Position numbers and translations under genes: made by a program. DNA of 64,000 nt, from assembly GCA_009914755.4 (NCBI GenBank), contig CP086569.2:15392001-15456000 (forward strand). Reading direction: 5' to 3'. The notes beneath the pieces are model-generated. The model was not told the DNA's origin and made no database searches. It worked only from the letters and a program-made list of their open reading frames with translations. This DNA is from the human T2T-CHM13v2.0 reference genome, Homo sapiens. Below, one piece after another: positions 24,759-36,581 of this stretch (positions within the stretch are counted from its first letter, which is position 1; every line of letters begins with the position of its first letter).

Positions 24759-26394
24759 GTGCAAGTTCTTAGACTTGCCATTGAGGCAGTAATTCCACTA
24801 TATCCAGTTGTACCCAACCCCTATACCCTGCTCTCTCAAATACCAGCAGAAGCAGAATGGTTCACAGTTCTGGACCTCAAGGATGCTTTCTTCTGTATTC
24901 CCCTGCACTGTGACTCCCAGTTTCTCTTTGCTTTCAAGGATCCCACAGACCACACTTCCCAACTTACATGGACGGTCTTGCCTCAGGGGTTTAGGGATAG
25001 CCCTCATCTGTTTGGTCAGGCTCTGGCCCAAGATCTAGGCCACTTCTCAAGTCCAGGCACTCTGATCCTTCAATATGTGGATGATTTACTTTTAGCTACC
25101 AGTTTGGAAGCCTTGTGCCAGAAAGCTACTCTAGATCTCTTGAACTTTCTAGCTAATCAAGGGTACAAGGTGTCTAGGTTGAAGGCCCAGCTTTGCCTAC
25201 AGCAGGTCAAATATCTAGGCCTAATCTTAGCCAGAGGGACCAGAGCCCTAAGCAAGGAATGAATACAACCTATACTGGCTTATCCTTGCCCTAAGACATT
25301 AAAACAGTTGAGGGGGTTCCTTGGAATTACCGGCTTTTGCTGACTATGGATCCCTGGATATAGCGAGATAGCCAGGCCCCTCTATACTCTAATCAAGGAA
25401 ACCCAGAGGGCAAATACTCATCTAGTTGTATCGGAACCAGAGGCAGTAATCCCTTCGAAACCTTAAAGCAGGCCCTAGTACACGCTCCAGCTTTAAGCCT
25501 TCCCATAGGACAGAACTTCTCTTTATACATCACAGAGAGAGCCGGGATAGCTCTTGGAGACCTTACTCAGACTTGTGGGACAACCCCACAACCAGTGGCA
25601 TACTTAAGTAAGGAAATTGATGTAGTAGCAAAAGGCTGGCCTCACTGTTTAAGAGTAGTTGCAGCAGTGGCCATCTTAGTGTCAGAGGCTATCAAAATAA
25701 TGCAAGGAAAGGATCTCACTGTCTGGACTACTCATGATGTAAATGGCATACTAGGTGCCAAAGGAAGTTTATGGCTATCAGACAACCACCTACTAAGATA
25801 CCAGGCACTACTCCTTGAGGGACTGGTGCTTCAAATATGCACTTGCGTGGCCCTCAACACTGCCACTTTTCTCCCAGAGGATGGGGAACCAATTGAGCAT
25901 GACTGCCAACAAATTATAGTCCAGACTTACGCCACCCGAGATGATCTCTTGGAAGTCCCCTTAACTAATCCTGACCTTAATCTATATACCGATGGAAGTT
26001 CAGTTGTGGAGAATGGGATACGAAGGGCAGGTTATGCAATAGTTAGTGATGTAACTATACTTGAAAGTAAGCCTCTTGTCCCAGGGACAAGTGCCCAGTT
26101 AGCAGAACTAGTGGCACTTACCCGAGCCTTAGAACTGGGAAAGGGAAAAATAATAAATGTGTATACAGATAGCAAGTATGCTTATCTAATCCTACATGCC
26201 CATGCTGCAATATGGAAAGAATGGGAGTTCTTAACCTCTGGGAACCCCCACGGATGCCACAGGGAAGTTATGGAGTTATTGCACATGGTGCAGGAAACAA
26301 AAGAGGTGGGAGTCTTACACTACCAAAGCCATCAGAATGGGAAGGAGAGGGGAGAACAGCAGCGTAAGCAGCTGGCAGAGGTAGGGAAAGACCA
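24759..26394 (+). pseudogene. pol: HERV9 pol: RT, RNase H and only the first ~50 aa of integrase
   Basis: RT motifs LDLKDAFFCIPL, LPQGFRDSPHLFGQAL and YVDD (25075-25086). RNase H motifs YTDGSS (25988) and VYTDSKYA. IN start ...HYQSHQ then breaks off into a GA repeat; frameshifts between 25263 and 25594. Confidence 0.85.
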
Positions 26395-26550
26395 GCAAGA
26401 AGGAAAGAGAGAAAGAGAAAGTCAGAGAAAGAGATAGAGAGAGGAAGAGACAAAGAAGAAGTCAGAGAGAAAGAGGGACAGACACAGAAAGTTAGAGAGT
26501 TAAAAAGAGAGGAAGAGACAAAGAAGAAGTCAAAGAGAGAGACGGTATTA
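26383..26550. repeat. Purine-rich (GA/GAAA) simple repeat at the IN/env deletion junction
   Basis: aagaaggaaagagagaaagagaaagtcagagaaagagatagagagaggaagagacaaagaagaagtcagagagaaagaggg..., with an internal ~65-bp duplication. Confidence 0.9.
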
Positions 26551-26561
26551 AAGAAAAAACA

Positions 26562-27092
26562 GTGTACCCTATTCCTTTAAAAGCCAGGGTAAATGTCTAC
26601 CCACTCCGCCTAGGCATATTCTACTTATGTGGATCTTCAACCCATATCTGTCTCTCAGACAGTTTGCAAGAAATAATGAAATCTATTCTTACTTTACAAT
26701 CCCAAATAGACTCTTTGGCAGTAGTGACTCTCCAAAACTGCCGAGGCCTAGACCTCACTGCTGAGAAAAGAGGACTCCTCACCTTTTCAGGGGAAGAGTG
26801 TTATTTTTACACTAACTAGTTGGGGATAGTATGAGATGCCACCTGGTGTTTACAGGAAAAGGCTTCTGAAATCAGACAATGCCTTTCAAATTCTTATATC
26901 AACCTCTGGAGTTGGGCAACATGGCTTCTCCCCTTTCTAGGTCCTGTGGCAGCCATCTTGCTGTTACTTGCCTTTGGGCCCTGTATTTTTAACCTTCTTG
27001 TCAAATTTGTTTCGTCTAGAATCAAGGCCGTCAAGCTACAGATGGCCTTACACATGGAACCCAAAATGAGTTCAACCAACAAGTTCTACTGA
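26562..27092 (+). pseudogene. env: HERV9 env transmembrane (TM) subunit remnant; SU absent
   Basis: ...LQSQIDSLAVVTLQNCRGLDLTAEKRGLLTFSGEECYFYTN carries the immunosuppressive-domain and CX6CC-like motif. A downstream membrane anchor/cytoplasmic tail ...AAILLLLAFGPCIFNLLVKFVSSRIKAVKLQ follows. Confidence 0.75.
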
Positions 27093-27225
27093 GAACCCCT
27101 GGACCGACCTGCTGGCACTTCCCCTGGCCTAGAGAGTTCCCCTGTGAGGGACACTACAACTTCAGGGCCCCTTCTTCACCCCTATCCAGCAGGAAGTAGC
27201 TAGAGCAGTCATTGGCCAAATTCCC

Positions 27226-28551
27226 AACAGCAGTTGGGGTGTCCTGTTTAGAGGGGGGATTGAGAGGTGTTAGCCTGCTGGCAGTCCTCACAGCCCTCAC
27301 TCACTCTCGGCACCTCCTCTGCTTGGGATCCCACTTTGGTGGCACTTGAGGAGCCCTTCAGCCCACGCTGCACTGTGGGAACCCCTTTCTGGGCTGGCCA
27401 AGGCTGGAGCCCACTCCCTCAGCTTGCAGGGAGGTGTGGAGGGGGAGGCGTGAGTGGGAACTGGGGCTGCATGTGGCACTTGCAGGCCAGCTGGAATTCC
27501 AGGTGAGCGTGGGCTTGGTGGGCCCTGCACTCAGAGCAGCCGGCTGGCCCTGCCGGCCCCGGGCAATGAGGGACATAGCATCTGGGCTAGCGGCTGCGGA
27601 GGGTGTACTGGGTCCCCCAGCAGTGCCAGCCCACCGGTGCTGTGCTCGATTTCTCACCAGGCCTCAGCTGCCTTCCTCTGGGGCAGGGCTCTGGACTTGC
27701 AGCCCACCATGCCTGAGCCTCCTATCCCCTCCATGGGCTCCTGTGCGGCCCGAGCCTCCCCAACGAGTGCCAGCCCTGCTCCACGGCGCCCAGTCCCATC
27801 GACCACCCAAAGGCTGAGGAGTGCAGGTGCATGGCACGGGACTGGCAGGCAGCTCCACCTGCAGCCCCGGTGCTGGATCAACTGGGTGAAGCCATCTGGG
27901 CTCCTGAGTCTGGTGGGGCCTCGGAGAACCTTTATGTCTAGCTCAGGGATTGTAAATACACCAGTTGGCACTCTATCTGTAGCTCAAGGTTTGTAAACAC
28001 ACCAATCAGCGCCCTGTGTCTAGCTCAGGGTTTGTGAGTGCACCAATCGACGCTCTCTATCTAGCTACTCTGGTGGGGCCTTGGGGAACCTTTATCTCGA
28101 CACTCTGTATCTGTATCTAGCTAATCTGGTGGGGACATGGAGAACCTTTGTGTCTAGCTCAGGGATTGAAAACGCACCAATCAGCGCCCTCTCAGACCAC
28201 TGGGCTCTACCAATCAGCAGGATGTGGGTGGGGCCAGATAACAGAATAAAAGCAGGCTGCACGAGCCAGCAGTGGCAACCCGCTCGGGTCCCCTTCTACA
28301 CTGTGGAAGCTTTGTTCTTTTGCTCCTTGCAAAAAATCTTGCTATTGCTCACTCTTTGGGTCCACACTGCTTTTATGAGCTGTAAACCTCACCGCGAAGG
28401 TCTGCAGCTTCACTCCTGAAGCCAGCGAGACCACCGGGAGGAATGAACAACTCCGGACACACCGCCTTTAAGAACTGTAACACTCACCGCGAGGGTCCAC
28501 GGCTTCATTCTTGAAGTCAGGGAGACCAAGAACCCACCAATTCTGGACACA
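27226..28551 (+). mobile_element. 3' LTR (LTR12-type) of the HERV9 provirus
   Basis: Direct repeat of the 5' LTR, ending ...cttgaagtcagggagaccaagaacccaccaattctggacaca. TATA-like aataaaagcagg at 28246; the poly-A hexamer position reads AAAAAA (28331-28336) instead of AATAAA. Confidence 0.8.
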
Positions 28552-28860
28552 CCTGTGAGGTCAGGAGTTTGGGACCAGCCTGGGCAATCTAGTGGGACCC
28601 TGTCTTAATATTACATTGTTCCTAAATAATTGTGGTTTTTGCCATTAAAAGTAATTGTGAAAACCAAAACTACTTTTGCACGAACTTAATAAAAATTATG
28701 AAATAGCTGGGCGTGGTGGCACATGCCTGTAGTCCCCAGCTACCGAGGAAGCTGAGGCAGAAGGATCACTTGAACCCAGGAATTTGAGGTTGCAGTGAGC
28801 TATAATAATGCCTCAACAGAGCAGACTGTCTCTAAAAAAAAAAAAAGAAAAGAAATGAAA
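28552..28860 (+). mobile_element. Alu remainder (middle segment, then right arm with A/CAAAA-rich tail); right flank of the HERV9 insertion
   Basis: cctgtgaggtcaggagtttgggaccagcctgggcaatctagtgggaccctgtc; then 28700-28850 gaaatagctgggcgtggtggcacatgcctgtagtccccagctaccgagg...gcagtgagctataat. Confidence 0.7.
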
Positions 28861-30134
28861 ACAAAACAAAACAAAACAAAATATGATGAAGATCCAGAAG
28901 GATGTGCAGCCCATCTCTTTGCCATTCATTACACTTCTGTCTTCATATCTACTTCCTCCATTTTCCACCGGACAAGGTGAAAAAGCATGACCAGTTAGGC
29001 CTCTAAATTTACCTGTTGCCCATCTACTCCTCTAGAGCCACTGTTTGCTGTGTACATGGCTGTGTCCATGGATTGCGGTGTCACAGTTGTGAGACAGATT
29101 TCCAGGGAATGCATATCCATAGTCCAGCTTAGCTTACATGCTCAATCTTGTACCAAGCAACGTGGCCAGAAGATGCAAATCTCTTTGGATAGACCCGGAA
29201 ACTCCTATTTTAACTCTGAGCCTGTATGACCAGATGCCTTGAAGGCCATGCAAATCTGTCCTGCAGGCAAGAGCTTCTCCAATTTCAGCATTTGGTTCAG
29301 CATTTGGTGCAAATCACCAGAGAACATGTTTGACACAGTTGACCTGGGGTGGAGACCCAAAGTTATGCATTTTTAACAGGCTTCCAGGTATTAATAACAC
29401 CCATGATATTAGATCCAGGACTATAATCTGTTTAGCAAAGTACCAAAACTTTAGATCTTTTTGTATATTTGGAGGAAAAGAACAAGTATTGCATGGGTGT
29501 TCTTTACATAATTTTAGTCATGACAATTCCAGGAGAATATTACCAGGCTCCTAATATGCCAGTGCTTTATAACAGATCGATCCTCACTCAAAACAATCCC
29601 ATTTGTATTTATACATATGTTCCATCTGCTCTGTTTCCACTTGTATACATACACAGGTGTGTGTACTTGTAACATGCAATACAGTTTTTGCAATACATTC
29701 CCTCTCTTCTCAATGAATCATACCTGAAAGAAAAACAAAAGGGGTGTTTTTAAAATGATTCCAATACAGGCTTTGAGTTTGAAAGAATAAAAGAGAGCCA
29801 TTGTCTTAGAAATTTTTTGTCAACCTCATTTTATTTCAACTAAAATTTGTAAACCATACTGCATTCACCAGAGAAGGTGTATATGGCTATATGCCTATGT
29901 CTGACACTGGTAATTAAAAAGAGAGAAGCCTGTTTGCTTGAGCTTTGATAAATAAAACATATTGATGCTACCTCTTATTATGTCTTCCCCCTATGTTAAA
30001 TGTTTCTTTTTGAAAATATAGATTATTTGAAGTACAAAGCAAGAAAGCAGGAAGAGAGTGTATGTGCACACACAGAAGAGAGATACAATCAGGCATAAAT
30101 CCACCATCCTGGGAATATAAACCCCTCTGTATCA

Positions 30135-30443
30135 TATACATATATATATATACATATAAAAATATAGATATAGATAAATCTCTACATATCAATATATAGA
30201 TATAACTATACATATAGACAGATACATCCATATCTCTATAGATATCTATAGAAGCTACAGATATACATATATATTTCTACAGATATCTACAGATACAGAT
30301 ATCTATAGAGATAGAGGTACAGATATGTATTGAAATACACATAGCAATCTTTATAAACACCTATTATAGAGAGGTAGATGTATGGATCTATATAGATCTA
30401 TCTATCTATATACCTATTTCTAAATCTCTCTCTCTCTCTGTGT

Positions 30444-30505
<62 letters not shown>

Positions 30506-30510
30506 GTACA
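30135..30510. repeat. AT-rich (TA)n/(CATA)n/(GATA)n-like low-complexity block
   Basis: catatatatatatacatataaaaatatagatatagataaatctctacatatcaatatatagatat...tatatatatatatatatatatatgtgtatatatatatatatatatatg. Confidence 0.9.
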
Positions 30511-31744
30511 TCAACAATTCCAAGGTCCCAATTAACTTGGAGAAAGATTTATGTATATTTGCATACTTTTAAAGGGTAGGGCATGTGCCATTCATCAAAG
30601 AGACATATACATTGTAAAAGATTTTCATTTAAAAGTCTTAGGCAAGAACATTGGTGCAGTCACTGTATAATGTCATTTAAAAATGAACTCTATTTAGGGC
30701 CTCTTATTTGAAATTCAATATCCTTTGTTTTCTTACAAAAGCAATAGTTAATGGATTTCTCACCATCAATGAATGTTACACAATAAATGATGTGTTATGG
30801 GTTTGAAATAACAGGTTTCAGAAGACTAAATCCTTCAAGAAAACTGAAATATCTTGCCCACAAAGAAATCTTTATTCCCATTTATCAGATGCAAAACTTG
30901 AATTAAGGGCCTGTACAACCTTCTTACTGGAAAACGTGAACTTAAAGTATTTCCGTCAAGGTTTATTAATCTTATAAAATACTTTCCCTACAAAACCAAG
31001 GGGAATAAACAAGATCATCTCTTTATCTCTTCCAACTGTATTTCTGTAACTATGTTTATGTGTAAAAAAAAGTACCTCCATCAACTATTTCAAGAAAATC
31101 TCATTTAAGTGACTGAAATTAATTTTAAATTTATGATAACCCAACTTAAACTGGTCTGGAGTTTACTTGATATCATTGAAAGAAAAAGGTTTATTTAGCA
31201 ACAGAATGAAATTTGCTAAACCTTAAGGGTGCAAACATTTCTAAGGTATATGTCATATTACTCTTATTGAATCCATGTTGTTAATTATCTTACTCTGTAA
31301 TCTAGACTTTAAATCCTGTTTGGGAATAACACTCCTTAAATGTTTTCTAAAAAATTGAGTATGTTGTTTACCCTAGTTTATGATTTATATATAGATAATA
31401 TATAACTTAACATTATATATTTTAAATATATAATATCTATATTCATATGTGGATATAGATAGATATAGGTATCAAAACAGATATTATACAAATGTTACTT
31501 TTTGTCCTATGATTTCTGATGTATATTAAAACTTATGCTCTGAACTGGCCTCATATAATTGTGAAACCTGTGGCATTTATCATCAATATGTTGCAGAGAC
31601 TTTTTTCTAAACCATGCCTAAAATAGCAAATAAAAGTAAGAAACACCATAAATAAACTAACAGATACATAAAAATAAAATGAGGAAATTGTTTGGATTAG
31701 AAGGGGCATGGGGTAAAGAATTAGGTATGTGAGAGCAAAAACTA

Positions 31745-32119
<375 letters not shown>

Positions 32120-34197
32120 CTATTTCTGAATTTACCTTATCTTTTTTTTTCTTTCACATTAAGACTATAATTATGATTTCAACTTCCTCATCTGATTCCC
32201 AGTCATGAATCTATCTAACATATTCAGCTGAAGGCTGTCAATGTTGTACTGATTCCAAAATGCAATGATACTCTCCCATTTTCCTTCACTCCTAAAATCT
32301 CTGAAGACTGTGACACAATTGACTCCTGCCTACTCCTTGAGAAGGTTACAATCCTTCCTTGAATTCCATGCCATGTTTTCTCTTGCCAGAGATCTTTGCA
32401 GATGGGACAATGACCCTATTTCAGGTTGCTATCAAGACCCTACCCAGTGTCACTTCCTCCAAAGATTTGCCTTTCCTTTTAAGTGAACGCTTTCTCTATT
32501 TTACACCAAAATGTTAAGTATCATATCCATAGGGTTTGTGCTCAGATCTACAGATCCTACTTTAAGATCCCTATTCAGATCAAATCTCCTCTCCCAAAGA
32601 TCTCAGGTCTGTGGGTCATTGGTATTTCTATGATCCACAAGCATCTCATTTTTCTTTCCATACAAGTGACTTTGGGTGAATGCACTATCACTCATCATAT
32701 CCTTCCCATAGCACCACATCAAAGCTATCTTTAGTCTTTTCTCATTTTAGGGCTCCATCCCGTTTTTACTCAACTTTTGCAACTATGCATATAGTCAAAT
32801 GCCATCCATAGTGAAAAAAATTTACTACTACTCTGAAATTTCCCTATTACTGGGTATTTTCACTACTAATATCCTAATTTATGAATGCTGCAGTATCACT
32901 GTCCTCTTTTGTTCTAGAATGTCCCGGATCTTAAATTCCCTCAGAGTAAATTCTCTGAAAGGTAATCTCTGCCACCATCCCCCACTAACACCAATAAGGA
33001 TTCCAGTCAATGAATATTCATAATCCTCTGTAGTCCAGCCTTCTTATTCTCCTCTTTGAATCACAAGAACCTACAAGTAGCTCACCACCATTCCTGTTCT
33101 CAGAGTTTAACTTGAGTATTATCTAATAAAACAACCTCATGTAGCAGGGTGGCCCCACATATTCAGGTTCCCAGAACTCACTCGAGACCTGTGAAGTTTG
33201 AATCCTGGTGTTTAGCTCTAGAGGCATGGATTTTGTAACCATCTTCCTGGGTCATCCTTGTTGACCTTGAAGTTCCAAAGCCTCTGCTCACTCCATATCT
33301 ATTTCTCTTCTCTAGATATTATTAACTTGGAATAATTTCCCATATCTACTCTCCAATTCCCCAGAAAAAACTTGTTCTGTGAACCTTTTTCTCATCATCC
33401 CAATAGGATGCTTGTTATGCCTTCTGTATGCTTTGGAGATGGCATATATCACACATTGAGTTGCATTTTAATAATTGAAGAGTTTAATTTATTCCCTTAT
33501 TAGATTTTAAGCATCTTTTATGCTATACATATTTATCTTTCCAATAATGATTAATAACATAGTATATATTATTATTGCACTAACAATTATCCTACTGAAA
33601 ATATTTGTTTCAATTTGACCATTGTATTAGGAGAGTCAATAGGAATCAGTAGTGCCCTATAGTGTATCTGGCTTCACCAGTATTGTATTTCGAGTTCCAC
33701 ATATTGATCCCATAGGAGCATTAACATAATAGTATGTATGAATGTATGTATGTTCATAATAGTATGAACATAACAGTATGTAGAATGTAGTTGATGAAGA
33801 CACTGAGATGGAAAATCAGAGAGAACAAGTAATGTGGTATAGATTATGTCTCATGTTTCATCCAGTTCTTTGTACCAAACCCAGCTTATATATCCTTCTA
33901 GGAACCCTACTGTTTTATTTCATTTTATGAATCCTCCTAGCTCCCACATCTCACCATACTCCACAATTAGATTTCAAGTGGAAACATGAAGAATGATATC
34001 CTTATCTCTTCCAGGAATTCAGAATTTAAACCTCCGAAGCTCTTCTGTCTGTATCGTAATCCTGTGGCTCAGTTGTTAAGAACTGGTGTTTTAGGTTCTA
34101 TCCTGGTCACTTATGAGGGATTTTGGATTAGGGAAAATTATAAACTCATAATATCTTATATTCACTTTTTCTTATAAGCATGATTCCATTTGTCTAA

Positions 34198-34497
<300 letters not shown>

Positions 34498-34740
34498 CTT
34501 TTTTTTTTTTTTAAGAAATTAATTAATTAATTTTAAAAAGTCTTAGTGAAGTAATTCAGACAGAAGTGACTTGTCTGCTCTCTCCCAGGTCACATGTCTC
34601 AGGGAAGAGATCTGCTACCCAACCAATGCACCCACAAACTAAGCCAAGCATTCAGATTTTGCCCAAAATCTCCCTCCCAATCTCACTTTATCATGCTGCC
34701 TTAAAGTATTTAGAGTTGATGTCTCCCCACAGCAATCTCC

Positions 34741-34852
34741 ACTCCCTTCCCTTCCCCTCTCCCCTCCCCTCATCTCCCCTGCCCTCCACTCCCCTCCACT
34801 TCTTTTCTGTCCCTTCTTTTTCTCCTTTTCTCTTTCTCTCTCTGTCTCTCTC
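34741..34852. repeat. Pyrimidine-rich (CCCCT/CT)n low-complexity tract
   Basis: ccttcccttcccctctcccctcccctcatctcccctgccctccactcccctcc...tctctctctgtctctctc. Confidence 0.9.
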
Positions 34853-36478
34853 ATTCAGGACTTGATTTGTCACAGCCATTCTTGCAACAACCTTACAAAC
34901 ATTTTCTTTGCTTTCCACATTGGCCCTCTTCAACTAGTTCTCCATGTTGCCATCACAGTGATTGTCCTAAAACATAAATCTGATTATTTCTTCTTCCCTC
35001 ACTGCAGAAAATGTGTTATTGGCTTTCCCACTGCCTACTGGATAAATTCCACCTTTTCAGCATGACATTTAAAACTCTTCACAATTAGGTCTCTAATCCT
35101 TTCCTCACTACCTTCTTTTCAAATTCAATGTCCTGCCATGCCAAACCCTCCCTATTTCTAGATCTCCACACATACAGTATTGCTGCGATGTCTTTAGCCA
35201 TGGCTTCTTTTTCAACTTCTTCAACCAATCAGTGTCGATGTACCATTCCTTCCCTACTCTGAATGTTCTTCCTTTGCAAACCCTTGGTTAATTATTTTAA
35301 CCTCTATGGGTCCCTATTAATTTATATGTATTCCTTGTACACACCTTCCTGTAATCACATTTTTTTCTCATGCTTTTCATTATCTTGTCTACTATAATGT
35401 ATGCTTTCTCAAAAATAAATGGATAAGTCTCACTCACAGTTACATGTCTGTGCTTAGGACTGTGTCAGTGCTAAAAAAAAAAAAACCTGAACTTATGAAT
35501 AAGTCAATGAATTAATACATTCTTGGCAAAGTCCATGACTTTGTGGCCTATTATAAATTAGTGTGTTCAAGTTGAGGTTCTGGTTTAGTTTAGGACATAG
35601 ATATCTATATATAGTCCATATATCTACATATATATGTCTACATCCATGTATATCACTGATTTGGGGGATAAGCTGTATTTATAAACAATACTATCATGTT
35701 AATGGGTCTTCAATATCTACACAATAATGGAAAAAAGTATATGTATATTTCTAAATATCTAATGGGAACACACACACATATATGTATGTATGTATATACA
35801 TTTTTCTATTATTGGCTATAGATATCTTTTAATAGATAAGTGTATATCTATGTACCAATCTTGTTGGCAAAGGATGCTTTCATGCATATTATCTCATTTA
35901 GTCCCCACAAGGAAAAGCAACCCACAGGAAAGGTAATAATAATGTCAGCTCAACAGAGTCACAGAACATAACTGACTTTATGACAAGGCAAAATTTGTGA
36001 GGATAGAGTCTTAACATGAAACCAGGTCCCCAGATTCATGTCCATCATCTTCCCCATTATTGCTCATGTTGTCCAAAATCCTTCGCATCATCATGGAAGG
36101 CTTCATGCTTAGGTTTACTTCCTAAAGCAGAAGCAATTAGGAGAATGTCCTATGTGTTGTGGACATTATCTTTTTTCCTTCCATAAATGAATTAATGGGC
36201 AATGAAATAATTTTAAGAAAAGCTAACTTTTATAGCCAGGTAGAATAAAAGTAATCACCATGAAATATTGTGAAGATAAGCAGGCCCCACACACTAGCTC
36301 AGCTAATCAATATGACAATATTACATGGAGATTATCTGTTCCATTTTACAGATGCAGAAATGGAGGCGAATATTAAAATTCATTCCTAAGGTCACATGCA
36401 ACTTAAACCCAAGCAATCTCATTTTAGAATCTGTGTTCATTGCCACAACATTCTATGATGTACTCTGATCTTTGCATT

Positions 36479-36581
36479 GCCAATTTAAATCCAACTTTCT
36501 TGAAGCCAACTTTAAATACTGGGAACTTTAAGCATTGTCAATTTCAAGCCAACTTTCTCCAACCCAATTTTAAATACAGGG
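36479..36581 (+). repeat. Local tandem duplication, ~46-bp unit x2
   Basis: gccaatttaaatccaactttcttgaagccaactttaaatactggg / gtcaatttcaagccaactttctccaacccaattttaaatacagggg. Confidence 0.8.

Larger units (their letters stand above)
20121..28551 (+). mobile_element. HERV9 (ERV9) provirus: 5'LTR12 - leader/PBS - gag - pro - pol(RT-RNaseH-IN stub) - GA repeat - env TM remnant - 3'LTR12
   Basis: Two ~1.3 kb direct repeats with LTR12 hallmarks flank a gag/pro/pol/env-TM interior with the retroviral motifs listed in the following features. LTR edges are approximate to within ~20 bp. Confidence 0.85.

Noticed and set aside
25595-26437. Apparent intact 280-aa pol ORF extending past RNase H
   Set aside because: The last ~45 residues (…QQRKQLAEVGKDQQEGKRERESQRKR) are translation of the GA-rich simple repeat that replaces integrase. 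The frame is open by chance in purine-only sequence, so this is not evidence of a functional IN.
28612-28700. ~90-bp segment interrupting the Alu downstream of the 3' LTR (contains gtggtttttg…caaaaccaaaac partial inverted repeat), considered as a possible small hairpin RNA or MITE
   Set aside because: The complementarity is short and imperfect and there are no flanking TSD or TIR. More likely it is just a diverged Alu linker region.
33700-33800. Short direct repeats (aatagtatg…/…taacagtatgtagaatgtag), considered as a tandem repeat
   Set aside because: Only ~2 imperfect copies of a ~20-mer in AT-rich sequence, which is below what I would call a feature.
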